Positions 46,701-60,090 of a DNA stretch of 64,000 nucleotides are shown here, in pieces. Source of the stretch: Lytechinus pictus (taxonomy: Eukaryota); contig NC_087254.1 of assembly GCF_037042905.1 (NCBI RefSeq), forward strand, positions 24,614,001 to 24,678,000, read 5' to 3'. Each line of letters opens with the position of its first letter. Position 1 is the first letter of the stretch. The notes under the pieces are model-generated. The model made no database searches. It saw only the letters and a program-made list of their open reading frames with translations, and was not told where the DNA came from. Both the position numbers and the translations under genes were made by a program.

Positions 46701-49700
46701 CAAGTCCCACTATTCATATCTGTCCAAGTTCATTACTTATAATACAACATTTTCAGCAGTGCAGTCTTGTAAGGTAGGCCCACTCAAATTATAAAACACT
46801 AATCCACTAGTCTATAATAATCAAGTTAAAAACAGATCGCTTTTCTCTGAAAAAAAAAACATATTAGTCCCTCTACACAAATACAATGGCAGTGTAATTC
46901 ATCTTCTTTATTATTAACAGTCGCCTCAAAACATAGTTTCAAGATTAGCCATTTATAACACACTGTCAATGAGAGATAACAAACATAATTGGTAGATCGC
47001 TCCCCCCTACTGAAGTCCGCATTCAGTAGTTTGTAGTGGTGGGCAAATGAAGGAGGGAATGTTCTAACGCAATTATCTTAAACTATAATAAGTATTCAAA
47101 CAAACCTTAGCTAAAACCAGGGGGTGTTTCTCAAAGAGTTAGGGGTGGCTTGTGGGGTGTTGCATGAAACTTCCAATCGATTGCTAGTCAATTTAGGTCC
47201 CCAAATCAATCATAAGTCTACCAATTAATTGTAAATTTGCAACCGATCGCTGGTCTTCTCCTTGCATCAACAACTATACATTTATTTGTTTTAGATAAAA
47301 TTGATCTATAACCTGTAAATTCACTACTGAAATTTGCGAACGATATTTTCTTGAAACACTCCCTTAGAGAGTATAGTTTACTTCTAAATGGAGAGATTTG
47401 GGACACGTTTTACAAGAAGTTACAATTAATCCGATCAATCGCAACTATGGAAGGCCAGCAACATCAACATCTAAAATACATGTTTGCTCAAAATATATTT
47501 CTAGAAATGACGTATATTCATGCATTCACTGTTTCCTTGACAATTCATTATACTTCTCTTTGTTTTCAAAGGACATTGAGCAACTTTCCTGAAGGAAAAA
47601 TTGTGACATTGATGGATTTCCATATATTTGAAATCAATCGTAACTCTTTGTAAGACGGGGCCCTGGTCACAAGAATAAAAAGGTTGCAGACAGTTCAACG
47701 AAAATGTACATACGATTTTTTTAAAGACAGCATGTAATGGTAGATCATAAGGCAGCTAATGATGAAACTTATTCGAAATAACAATCTCTGATTTTTTTTT
47801 TTTGCAGACTGTGGTGTGAATCCCTGTAGAATAGGATGGTGTGAAGAAACTATAGATGGTTATAAGTGCCACTGCCCCACGGAATACACCGGAACGAATT
47901 GCGAATATAGTATGGACGGTAAGTCATCAATAGAATCAGTGTGATGCCATCATATTCCTCATCACAGGTCTACATTTGGTCATTTTGATAAAGGCTGACT
48001 TTAATTCTATAAATATATGCATGTTTATTTACTAATCCTTAATCTTAAGACTGTTAAAGTAGCCTAAACATTAATAAAAATGAAGTGTTAAATGTAGCAA
48101 GCTTGTAGAGTGACTGCACGTTAGTGGCTGTTTTTTCAGCACTTATAGGGTGCTACAATATGCACCTTTTATGCTTATTGTCGCACACCACGTGTTGTTT
48201 CTAGCACATTTAGCACTACTACACAATTTTCTGAAATTAACACTTTATCGTTTAGAGTGTAAATTTTTCAGATTACCGCAACTTCAAATATTGTTAACGT
48301 CAAAATATTTCGGTTATATTCTCGCGTTACGCTTGAATTACTGAGCACAATGACAATGGTATACGATCCAAGTAAAGGCATTACCAAGTCAATATCCAAT
48401 TGCAGATAAAGATCATTTTTAAAGAAATACGGTGAAGTTCGATCGGTTGATAGCATGTCAGAAAAAAGTTTGTGTTTTGACAGCCATGACTCCACTGCCT
48501 GAAATCAGAGAATATTCCTCGCCGGAAGGATCTTTAGATCCTCAGTCCACGACTACTTTCAACCCAGACCCTTCCTCTACATGGACCTCTGGATCGACAC
48601 AGTCATCAGAGGATCCTCAGATGACGACAGAAGCAACATCAACAGAAGGTCAAGTCTTGAACTCAGTTACTACAGAGCTAGGTATTTGATAGAGACGTTC
48701 TTATATTTATTTTTAAGTTTTATACCTCCTCTTCATCAACGTTAATCAGTAAATACAATACCATCCATGCAGATCTCGCTGTGTCAAAGAAAAATTGTCA
48801 TGACGCAGTGGGAACGCTACAGCGTACTGAGGGCGTAGCGAGAACTTCTATGGACATAAGGCCCCCATCTCACTAGGAAGGCGATCGTGGCGACCATGGC
48901 GATCTGTGTAAATCCCGCAAATCGTAGCAGAATCTTCCTCGAATTCTATTTTTAGCCTGCGAGACGATTGCACTGCAACTTCTATGCGACCGACCTGCGC
49001 TGAAGGCGATGGTAATACGCTGAAAGTACGACGATGCCACTTTCTTGCGACGATTCGAGGCAGATGTGATGCGCTGCTTCTGCGATCAAAGCGATCGTAC
49101 AACGAGGCTCATACGCTAATTAGGACCTCGGTACGGTGGTGCTACGAATGAAGCGATTATGTTACGTTCATGATGGGCTCTTGAAACGATTTCAAGCAAT
49201 CGGCATACTAATCGCGGCACATGGCACATTTTTCAGTCGATTGCCAACCTCCGACCAACATGGATGTCCAGAATTAGGTTGGACTTATACATCTTGGCAT
49301 TCTAAAAGAACATCAGTTAAAAGTTGAATGCGAGGACAGGAGAAGGAGGAGGCCAAAAAGATACAGGGTCCGATCCTGGCTGTCACCTAAGTCATAATAT
49401 ACAATATTTCTAAAATTCATTCAAAAGATGTCGATGAGCCTAATAGTTAATATGAGGGATGCATCCAGAATTTCATAAAAGAGCATAAAAATCTTTGATA
49501 TTCTGTTTATTTTTTTCCACAAAGTTTGTCACTCAAAAATATTTGGTAAATTCCTTTCAAATTTGCTGACAAGAAGTAGTCTACTGATGTGAGAGCACGC
49601 ATAAAAAGGGAGGGGGAGGGGGGCACAATGCCAGAATCTCCCTAAAGATTGCCTTTCCCAATCAATACATTAGTGATCGCATCATTAACAAAATTTGATG

Positions 49701-52700
49701 TTGTCTACTGTCACTGTGGTTAGAATTCAATTTTTTTTTCAAAACATAATCAATTTATTTATTTCTGCAGAGGTAACTCATTTCGTCATCAAGACATGTG
49801 AGCGTTTTTTTTCTCTTTCCAGCTGGCTAAGCAGTAAGAATTCCATCCTCCTCCTGTACCCCCTCCTCTTCCTCCTTTACCTCCTCCTCCTCTACCACCA
49901 CCATAACCCCTTGATCTTCCTCTTCGACCGCCGGCCTAAGAGGGGTAGCTTGGGCAGCTTTCCCTTTTCTGGTCCTTTTTCTGGGAGGTATGTTTGAAAA
50001 CGCCGTGGTATCGCCTCGTAATCTGTTGCAAATATGATAATCCGCCACCATCGGCACGGCGTTTTATAGCAGCGCGGACGGTTGTTGCGCAATCGCTGCC
50101 CAGTCATCAGCGGCGCAGCAAAAGCGCAACGCGAACGCCTGTAGCGGGCTGAGAACGTGTGCCACATGCCACCCAAAGAAGGAAGCGTCGTGGTGGAAGC
50201 TGTGTGAAGCGTGTCGAGCGCAAGGCATTCGCCTTGTAAACGGAAGCAGCGTAGCAGAATTGTCTTGGGAACGGGCCTGAAAACCACGGGCGATCGGTGC
50301 CGCTTTTAATGCGCTTATACTACGCTTTATGCGTTGGGGCTCCGTTACAGCTACGAATATGTCGTTTGTAATACGCTCATGACTCGATTGTGATGCGCTT
50401 TAGCACCTCCGCGATCTCGCTACGTAAGTTTTGAACATGTTCAAAATTTTGTGGCGACCATAAAGATGGTGGCGATCCTTGCCGCTTCAGAAAAGATCAA
50501 GGTACGACGGAGAAGATTGAAAAGATCAAGGCACGATCAAGCCACGTTATACCACGCTTTGTCGATTTTTGACGATCGCAGTGGAATCGACATCTAGTGA
50601 GATGGGGGTATAACGTAGTTTACATGATATCTGGACCCCGTCTAACAAAGAGTTGCGATCAATCGCAAATGTGGACGGCCAGCAAGGTCAACATGTATTG
50701 TGCATGTTTGTTCAAAATATTTTCTAGCTATGATGTATATTCATGCATTAATTATTTTCTTAATAATTCACTATGCTTCTCTTTGTTTACAAAGGACATT
50801 GTGCAAATTTCCTGTAGAAAAATGTATGACACTGATGGATTTCCATAGAGTTACGATTAATTGGATCAATCACAACTCTTTGTAAGACGGGCCCCTGGAG
50901 ACCTATTTTCCGCCACGTTAACATGTTCACAGTCCTGTTAGCGCCGTCTGAGCAGTACGTAGTAATGACAATAAAATTAAATACTTTTTTTTAATAACTT
51001 TCAACAACACTAATTCTCAACGGCAGATCAACAAACTAGTGATTCGACAACCTTGGATGTATCATCTAACCCTTCTACTGTAACCTCTACACCCCTTCAA
51101 GTGACCACCACCCACCATCCAATAATGTCTACTACGAGCGAAAACAGTCCGTCTCCAATGTCCACGCCGCGTGCCACATCAAACATGATGACGCCGACGA
51201 ATAGAATGACAACGACCATGACGACGGGTTACTCTACAACAGGAGCGCATGAAGGTGAAGAAACGACTGCGAAACCAGAATCTTCGGCTACCACTACGGA
51301 GACGGGAACAACGAATTCAGGTTTATTGATAATTTTCACCTATCTAAACGTTTGTATCCTCGCGAAGCACAACTTTGACCTTTCATAAATTATCTACTAT
51401 TAAAATTCGCATTATTTTACTTCAGTATCTATTTTTTTCCGATTGTAGATTTTCAAAATAACAATAATCAATTAATTATTTAACATGAGACGAGGTTAAA
51501 TAAAATGAAACAAGCTTAATTGAAGCACGTACATTGAGGTATGTGATTGAATAAAATGAAAAAGACCAAACACCCTGAAAAAAATACAATCATTTATAAT
51601 TATTTCTTCTAACTTCAAATTAAGTTTCAAAATTTTAAAATGTTACTGTTTCTAAGAGCAATCTCCCATCAAGCACCTAGCTTTTAAGACGAAAGTTGTG
51701 ACGCCTTGGTACAGGTATCAAATGTTGCAGAATATCTTGCAGTCTAGCTACTTGCATACTGTCCCCAGAAAAGCAAATTCATGTATGAATGAAATGCAAA
51801 TGGCCTTTTTCGACAAAATTAAGAAATTGTGATATTTTCAAGGAGGATACTTGCAATTGAAGAATGGTATTTTGGCTATTTAACCGAAGAGTAAAGAATG
51901 ACTACGACAACAGTGGCATAAAGAGTATATTGAGTTAAATAATTGTCGGAATTTGTTGCACATAGAACACGGCTCTAATAACATTGCGTAATGTTCCATG
52001 CATTGCTGATTTTCTCACAGTAGGAACCCCAGCAATTATTGGAATTGATGAGTGTAGCGGAGACATACTCATATTTGATCTCGGTTCTATAAACTCGCCG
52101 ATAGTTTTAGAGAATGCCTTATTGAGCGAGTGGCCAGAAGACATAGCCTTTGAATCTGACGAAAAACGGGTGTACTGGTTACGAACTGGATACACAGATG
52201 AGATTTGCAGTGCGACGCCTGATGGGAATAATAAGATTTGTTGGGATGTTACAGGAAACTGCTACGGTGAGATAACATTCATTCCATAATCAATTTCATA
52301 AAATGAATGAATAAATACATATATGAATAAATATATGAGTAAATAATACATTTATGAATTAATAAAAAGATATGAAGAAAAAATAAACAATCAAATAGAT
52401 AAATAACTAAATATACGGATAAGAAAATATATTAACAAATACATAAATGAATGGATGAAAGAACGAATAAATACATAAATAAATAATGATTAACATTACA
52501 TAGTCTTTACAGAAGCATTAAAATTATGTTTTCTCCTGCCTTGGAGGCGAGCATAACCAAACATTACCAAAATGTATTGACGTATCTAATTTTTATCATA
52601 CAGGTGCACTAGATGACGAGAATTATTTCCAAATTGTTCTGAAAGAGATATAAGCTTGTTCAACCTGTTTCTTAGTTTACATTGTTGCATTTTGTTCCGG

Positions 52701-55594
52701 TTGGAAGGTGCGGATCAAAGGATTGCAATCAAAGGATACGAACCTTCTTTTAGTTTATTTTGTCCCCTCTCTCTCTCTCTTCCACCTGTTTTTTTTTCTT
52801 TTAATATTAATGCCTTTATTGTTGTCATGTTCATGAGTGTTATTATAATTATTATCGCAATCACTGTCGTTGTTTTCATTATTTTTCGCAGAGCCAGGAG
52901 GGATTGACATTGATATGGTGAAGAGGAAGGTTTACTTCTTCTGTGAGGAATCTGTCTCTTCTATGAACTTAGATGGTACTGCATTGCTATTAAATGTTAC
53001 TCACACTGGAAGTCGAGACATAGATTACATGGCAGTTACAGACCGGTAGGGTTCACGGATTCATTTCATTATTATTTGTATTCGTATTCGGTATTTCAAA
53101 TATAGGCCCTTTTCTGTAAGCGCCGCTTCTGGTATTTTCCGTCTTTGACATTTTGATATAAATATACTCTGTATAGGAAGATAGGGTCTGATGATTTTAA
53201 TCGTAAGGCGTAGTCCTGTGTTTTCTCTCCATGTTATAATTTCCATCATGGATGTATTATAGTCGTTCCCTCTGAACAATAGGCAATAGATTAAAGGTCA
53301 ACCCCAGAAATAAATGTTGATTTGAATAAAAAGAGAAATATCGAACTAGCATAAGATAAGAAAGTTATAACATTTTAAAGTTTCGCTTATTTTCCACAAA
53401 ACAGTGATATGCACAACTCAGTGACATGTAAATGAGACAAACGATGATGTCCCTCACCCACTATTTCTTTTGTTTTTTATTGTTTGAATTTTATTATACA
53501 ATATTTCATTTTTTACAGATTTGACAATAAGGACCAACTTGACTGAATCATATAGTATTAAACAATGGTAATTCCACATGATGGGGAGGAATTAATCGTT
53601 GTATCACTTTTATTTTTTCCCATTTCATATAGTAAAATACAAAAGAAATAGTGAGTGGATGGTGTCATCAGTCTCCTCATTTGCATACCGACCGGGATGT
53701 GCATATAACTGTTTTGTGAAATTAAGCGAAACTTTAAAATGTCATAACTTTCTTATTTTACATCCGATTTTTGATGAAGTTTTCAGTGTTATGCTTGTTG
53801 GAGTTTTCTCTTTTTATTCAAATCAACATTTTGTTGTGGTGGACTTGTCCTTTAAACATAATTTTTAAAACATAAACCTGATAAACTAAGACCTCAAAAA
53901 ATAACAATGCTTCACCACGGTAATGAGTAACGACAGTGGCGTACCTAGGATTTTCCACAAGGGGGGCAATTTCGTCCGCCAAAAAATTTGACATGCAAAA
54001 AAAAAAAAAAAGGTCTTCAGGACTCGTCAGGGGGGGCAGGGATATGTCCCTTGCATGGGTTGTGACTCGTCAGGGGGGCAGTCTGCCCCCCCCTTAGGTA
54101 CGCTAGTGAGTAACGATCTCTTTAATAAGATATTTGTCATGCTTGTGTATGATCTAAACTTATATTGATATCCAACTCGAAAAAGGGGTCAGATTAGACA
54201 TGTTTCAACCCCCTATGTAGCCCTATAACGAACACCTTCCAACCTCCTTACTTTTGTGCAACCCTTTCTATTGTCTCCGTGATTATACCTGTGTATTTTT
54301 TTTCACAGAGCAATCTTCTGGGCAACCTCAAAGAAGATATACAAGTCAACCCCGCAGCGAACCAGTACAATGCTTTCGATCCCATCTCAATCCATTCAGG
54401 AAATACGTGGACTTTCCGTTGATTTTGTCCGTAAGTAGCTCTTGAATCATAATAATCTGAATTGCCACCCCCCCCCCCAAAAAAAAAGTCCTTGCTTCTA
54501 ATGTTATATTTATGGGCAAGGTTATTGATTGATTGGTTGGGATTTTTTACCTGATTGCTAAGAAAGCATGAATGCTTGTAAGCAAGCAACCAGAGGACCG
54601 ACGGCTTAAGGTCCTCTCCGAAGGACCTGGTAATGATGATTAATGCCTTACCAAAGGGCAATAGCGCACCAAGTGTGAATCGAACCCGGGTCACCGGAAT
54701 ACGAATCCCCCGCTCTACCGACTGAGCTATCGCGCCTATAAAATGTGTTACTTGATTTCTACCAATGGCAGGTCATTGAAACTTTCTTCACTCCCATTCC
54801 CTCCGCCCTATGCTCCCATATTATCTAATATTTAACGTTGTGATGTTCTGTATTATGCCTAGAAATTCAATTGAATAGACAACCATTTTCATAATAGTAT
54901 TTTAAAGAATTAAATCCTAGGGGTAGATGTACACCCCTTCTAATTTTGGGAAGATATTTTAAGCTGCTTAACATTGACTTTGATACAAGCCCTATCCGAC
55001 CGGATTTTATATATTTTCCTTCTGCCATAGACTAGGCCTTTACCTTTGAAAATGATTTAAATAAATGCAATGACAGTACAATATTTCTGTTTCGTAAACC
55101 AAAAAATACCCCTTTTACTATATAGAACATGGTCCCCGTTTCACAATAAAGATTAGAAATAGCAAGTTGCATCGGAAAGACTGTTTTCATGGCTAACGTA
55201 TTCTCAGTGCTAGTCAGGCAGTCAAGCGTCACAAAATGCCCAATCATAAACAATTAACTTGTATAAATGCATTTTCTAATAATTTTGGCCCACATAACCA
55301 CATCACTATTTTGATACATATATGTACACTTATTAATTCGCAGGAAATCGAGTTTTCTTCGTCTTAGATTTTTTCAATGGAAACGTCGATATCATGCAAA
55401 TGGATCTCTCCGGAAACGACATGGTGCTCAATGTTACTTTGTCAGAGGGACTGGTGTATGTGGATGATTTTATGGTGTTTAAAGGCAAGATCTACTACAC
55501 GTCACAAGGGAATATATATCAGGTTAACAAAGGAGCAATTACCGATCACATAGAATGCCCTCATGTCAGTGAAATATATCTTGGAGAATATTAA
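41642..55594 (+). CDS. Gene C: secreted paralog with N-terminal Cys module, EGF domain, long Ser/Thr stalk and Cys-rich YWTD-like propeller, 551 aa. join(41642..41656,42723..42774,45243..45455,47808..47918,48484..48681,51027..51320,52021..52266,52892..53045,54309..54430,55344..55594)
   Basis: GT-AG introns, phases 0,1,1,1,1,1,1,2,1, 1656 nt open. Signal MNVYM|KTGRRCWTLVILLTMVT|VPSLSSG. Motifs PEDIAFESDEKRVYW, PGGIDIDMVKRKVYF, AIFWAT and IRGLSVD. Confidence 0.82.
41691..41782. mobile_element. 92-bp palindromic MITE (CACTGTAAAAA ends, TA flanks) in intron 1 of gene C
   Basis: Near-perfect inverted arms AAGTGCTAATTTAGCACT / AGTGCTAAATTAGCACTT. Confidence 0.7.
43187..43692 (+). mobile_element. 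Penelope-like element 3' remnant inserted in (TA)n
   Basis: FQDRVIWEAI at 43303-43332 resembles the GIY-YIG RxxxEAI helix. Hammerhead core at 43600-43638. (TA)n on both sides. Confidence 0.55.
43600..43638 (+). ncRNA. Minimal type I hammerhead ribozyme-like motif
   Basis: tcc-CTGAGGA-a-[gacgt/atgttta/acgtc stem II]-GAAA-ATTT-gga; stem I is tcc/gga. Confidence 0.55.
45722..46260. repeat. ~268-bp tandem duplication
   Basis: GCAGAAA.CGTCTGC...GTGTTTCACAG occurs twice. Confidence 0.9.
47120..47662. mobile_element. Adjacent MITEs: GGGGGTGTTTC...GAAACACTCCC (47120-47363) and a copy of the 50634 family (~47399-47662)
   Basis: Terminal inverted repeats; similarity to 50634-50894. Confidence 0.6.
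47808..47918 (+). CDS. EGF-like domain exon of gene C (phase 1-1)
   Basis: DCGVNPCRIGWCEETIDGYKCHCPTEYTGTNCE has the six-Cys EGF spacing. Acceptor tttgcag, donor gtaagt. Confidence 0.9.
48860..50610. mobile_element. Non-autonomous PIF/Harbinger DNA transposon (internal deletion derivative) in intron 5 of gene C
   Basis: TIRs CCCCCATCTCACTAG / CTAGTGAGATGGGGG with TAA TSD. Transposase-like N-terminus RRRRRPKRYRVRSWL (+, 49260-49390). Convergent acidic/basic ORF remnant (-, ~49777-49991). Confidence 0.75.
50634..50894. mobile_element. MITE with CTG TSD (Harbinger-like)
   Basis: GACCCCGTCTAACAAAGAGTTGCGAT ... ATCACAACTCTTTGTAAGACGGGCCC, CTG on both sides; second copy at ~47399-47662. Confidence 0.75.
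53295..53851. mobile_element. Kolobok-type MITE, same family as 38950-39550
   Basis: TTAA TSD; colinear similarity to 38950-39550. Confidence 0.8.
53934..54108. mobile_element. hAT-type MITE
   Basis: CAGTGGCGTACCTA ... TAGGTACGCTAGTG with a perfect 8-bp TSD AGTAACGA (53926-53933 and 54109-54116). Confidence 0.9.
54526..54737 (-). mobile_element. tRNA-derived SINE
   Basis: Head GGCGCGATAGCTCAGTCGGTAGAGC...GGTTCGATTC; core GTCCTTCGGAGAGGAC; (CAAT)n tail. Confidence 0.8.
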
Positions 55595-55632
55595 ACCGAC
55601 GATTCGATTTTTATTTGTGCGCTGAATTTCTC

Positions 55633-56690
55633 AACAAGTGGAACGCCTCTGGCAGTCTCGCCTGCATCATTACGCGTTTCGATATAGCAACAGTGCTAAC
55701 TTTCAAAACAGCTATTAATTAATTATTCACAAAAGAAAACACTCAAATGATAATAAAATACTATGTCCATTGACCCAACATGACCTTTGATCATGATAAT
55801 GTGACCTATAACATGTGCAAAACGATCATTCATGCTTGATTACCCTTATGGTTATGTTTCATGAACTACAAATTGTGTAGATTAATAAACTTTCTAAGTT
55901 ATGATACCAATTCAACAAATACCCCCGACACGGCCAAAGTTCATTGACCCTAAATGACCTTTGATTTTGGTCATGTGTCAAGAAACAAGCACAAGATATT
56001 AATGGATACATGGTTACTCTTATGTCCCAAGTTTCATTAACTATATCTATAAACTTTAAAGTTATGATGACAATTCCACCAATACCCCTATCCATTATCA
56101 AAGTTCGTTGACCCTAAATGACCTTTGATCTTGATCATGTGACCTGAAACTCGCACTGGATATTCAGGAATACTTAATTGTTCTTTGTCTAAGTTTCATG
56201 AACTAGATCCATAGAATGTCAAGGTTATAATGACAATGCCACAAATACCCCCCAAAATGGTCAAAGATCGTTGATAAGCAACATTTGACCTTAGTCATGT
56301 GACCTAAAACTCAGGCAGGATCTTTTGTGATACACTATCACACTTATGATCAGGTTTCATGAACTCTGTTCATATACTTTATATTATGACGACATTTCAA
56401 AAGTTTAGCCTTGGTTAAGATTTCGATATTGATTCCCCCAACATGGTCAAAGTTCATTGACATTAAATGACCTTTGACCTTAATCATGTGACCTGAAACT
56501 TAGGCAGGATGTTCAATAATACTTGATTAACCTTATATCTAAATTTCATGAACTAGATTATATACACTTTAAGTTATGATGATATTTTAAAAACTTTCCT
56601 TGGTTAAGATTTCAATGTTGACGACGCCGCCGCCGTCGCCATCGGAAAGGCGGCACGAATAGTTTCGCTCTGCAATTCAGGTGAGAAAAA
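55633..56690 (-). mobile_element. HINE/Helentron-associated (pearl/Tsp-like) non-autonomous element with internal tandem repeats
   Basis: Inverted, more diverged copy of 60741-61694. Has the subTIR GTCTCGCCTGCA, a (GCC)n tract and the core repeat TTCATTGACCCTAAATGACCTTTGA. Confidence 0.7.
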
Positions 56691-58922
56691 ATGAAATCAA
56701 ATTTATTTTAGTTTTTTCAGTATAAGAGATAATTTGACAACATATTTATTGAAGATTACAATAATCTAAACCCCTCAATAAAGATTGGAAATCTGGGTTT
56801 GACCATTAATTTCTCCCAACTTCTAATTTTACACAATGCACATTTTATATCATTCAAAAGATCATTTAATTATGTTTAAAATGATACAATGCTTGTTATG
56901 ATCATGCCATTACGAAAAGAGCACGATTCAAAAGTGTTGGATGAGGTCTGAATTTAAAAGCTGCAAAACGAGCAGAAATAGTCATGATGTGTCAATAAAG
57001 AACATGATTCTTTCGTCTGTGTCAATAAAGATGAAAATCCATTCAAATCAAGCCCCTGCTTCTTCATTTTTGATGTTTTGGTGTGGAATGTTTAGTGATG
57101 GTTCTGTTAGATAACATGGTTTGAGTCGTGCTTTGAAATACCCATGCATGTTTGTTTGTTTGTTTGTTTGTTTGTTTGTTATGTGCTTGCTTGTGCAGAG
57201 ATGTGTTTGATTCCACGTTAATGTTGACGTTGAGGTGCATGAAAACAAAAGAAACCGCTGAGAAACTCATCACCACGAGAAAAAATAACAGTGACTTTCA
57301 ATATTGTGTCATTTTGCAACTTTTCAATTTTGACCTTGCCCCACATTTCAAGGCACTGCACCTCCATGTGAACCAAAATTATATCATGTAGGGTATCATT
57401 TTAAAGAAAATTATGATCTATTCATTGGTATCAATCAGGCATTAATGTTCACTAAAAACGAGGAGTGATTATCGATCAAAGTCAGATTTCCAAACTTTTT
57501 TGTAGACAGACAACTGTGCGCTCTGAATGGTGGTAAGCGTTTCTGCACCATACGAATGTAACTATTATCATTGATATTACCATTGTTATTACCAAAGTTA
57601 CTTGGTTTTATTATCCAGTTGTCCAATAGTGCATTCATTTGCCTAATTATATTTTTATATTGCGCACAATTTCACCTTTTTTAAAGGTGCAAAATTATAC
57701 CAGAAAATATTTTTCCATTGTGGGCTTTTACCCTTAAATGTAAAAAGTGGCATATTTTTCTTAGGGTTCCCAGCGGATGAGTATGAATTATACCGTCGGA
57801 TTTTGTTCGGATTCCAGGACGAAACTGCTGTTTTGATTCACCAGTTTTCGACAAAAATCTCTTTGTCATAAAGGGTTCTTGACAATAGATTTTCTTTGTT
57901 GTAGGATCCGTCCCTGTCGCGACTGCGAAAAACCCCTAGATTAGCTTTCAATTGGACCTGAGAAAATGATATTGGCTAGTATACTGGCACGTTGGAAGAG
58001 CAATATTGGGTATAGAGGATAAATGTCGTTTAAAGCCTTAAATACCATATTATTGAGATGACTGTAAAGTTTAATTGTACATGCTTTCCTACTCACCATA
58101 GCTCATTAATTGATTGAAAGAACGGAAATTATATTGTTATTATGTGATACGCATTATTGACCAGATGTAAACGGGGGTAGCTACTCGCTAATTAATTTGA
58201 TTCTTGATTATTTATCGTGGTGATGTTATCATATATCAATGGTAACATCCTGGACGTCTGTAATAGGCAAATTGGCTGATCCGTTACAGAAAAGGCAAAA
58301 AAAAATAGAGATAAAAAACACGGATATTGCGGGGTCCAGCATCCAATTAATTTAATAGACAATATACCAGATAATTATGATTAAAGGGGAATCCAACCCT
58401 TTTTCATAAAATGCTGTGTGACGGAGGAGAAAATATGTAAAACAGATTGGTGAAAGTTTGACAGAAATTGGACAAGTAATAACAAAGTGATGGCTGTTTT
58501 AAAATTGAGATTCCTAAGACTGTGTAAATTGGCAACTGGGTAAGTAAATTATCACAAAAGGTAAGGATAACTTTCACCTAGGCCACGCGTGCCCCCCCCC
58601 CCCCCCCCTATCTTCCTCTGGGACAGTAATCATAATGTAACACATGCAGCAAATCTCCCCCGAAAAATATTTTAAGTAAACTTAAAAAAATATACATGTA
58701 TAACGTGTGGGGAAAAAAAACTGACACCTCATAAATCCCCAATTTAAGAAAACGTATTTCATGAACATGATTTCATGAACAAAATTATTTAATAGTTATC
58801 GTATATGGCCTTATAGATTATTTTCTCACAAATGATTTAAAACTATTTTTATGTGTTATGTGTTAACGCTTGGATAATCAGGAGGTTTTTTTTTTTTTAC
58901 CGTGGTGTAAAGTTCGATTTGC

Positions 58923-59150
58923 GCCAAAGTAAGGCATGGCTGCAATGAATGAATCCAGATGCCAATGATGTCATAATCCTACATGAGTTAGTAAACATAT
59001 TTCAATGAAATTAACTTGAGAATCGATATTGTTTATTCTTTTGTTGATTATTGACAAGGTTTTTTGCAGTGTATCTTTATACAACCCTTGTAAGATTATG
59101 ACATCATTGACATTGGGATCCATTAATTGCAGTCATGCCTTACTTTGGGC
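58923..59150. repeat. Inverted-repeat element (probable MITE)
   Basis: CCAAAGTAAGGCATGGCTGCAAT...GATGTCATAATC and its reverse complement at 59095-59150. Confidence 0.65.
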
Positions 59151-60090
59151 TAGGTAAAATATAATCAATGTCATAGTAATTATTAGCCTTTCATTTCATA
59201 TATATCAAATTTATCTATGACAAAAAAAAAACAATTAAATACGAAGTGTTCCATGACCTTAAAGTTTTGTTACCTCTGGTTACATACTCATGAATTATTT
59301 TCCAAGGTCTGTCAATATTTTGTTCTTTTTCTGCAACAGGATCTCTTGATTAGTTCAAGCCTGAATATCTGATTATAGAAAGTGCTTAACGAGATACGTT
59401 ATTAATCATGCATCATTGCGACTGCAGTGTGTATTTCCGAGCGCGTTATAGGGGTGGGGGTGGTGGAAGGTGCGGGAGAAATGGCTTCATTTGCGAGTGA
59501 AAACCCTGTATTATTTTGTTGCTGGCTTGTCTATAGACTGCCGACGACGTAAGCAAGGTTTTGAACTTGAAGGGAGGGGCATTTGTATCAAAGGGTATGG
59601 TATCTCCACAACCCCGAGGCATGCCAAGGATAGTATAGCAACGGCGGAAGGAATTACAACTTCGTCTCTTATTCATAATCGATCTCATTTTATATGAGAA
59701 AGAAATGACTGCCGAGAGCAATTGATTATGAAGGTACAGATATTTAACGGTCACATGAGTCTATGGATGCCCTGTGTGTGAAACCGCCATATGTATGGTA
59801 TTGACTTGTTGCCGGTATAATCTTATTCACCATCATCTCTTGCTTTTAAGGTTAGATGCGATTAAAATAACCAAACATTCAAAATTCAACACATTTTTAA
59901 GAAAACAAAAATCGGATAAGGAATATGGTTGTTGGTTATATGATATATTGTTGCTTTCTTACGGTCAGTCGAGTTAAGAGTTTTAAATGAGCATCAAAAA
60001 AGACTTTCTTCATCGTTCATAGAAAGTCTCATGAGGTGCCGGTCAGTGCAGACTTTGAGGTAGTGGAAATTGCAAGTGCAACGTACAGCT

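Noticed and set aside
49827-50287. GC-rich ORFs as a host gene
   Set aside because: They are inside the TIR-bounded Harbinger derivative, with a lost start codon and stops.
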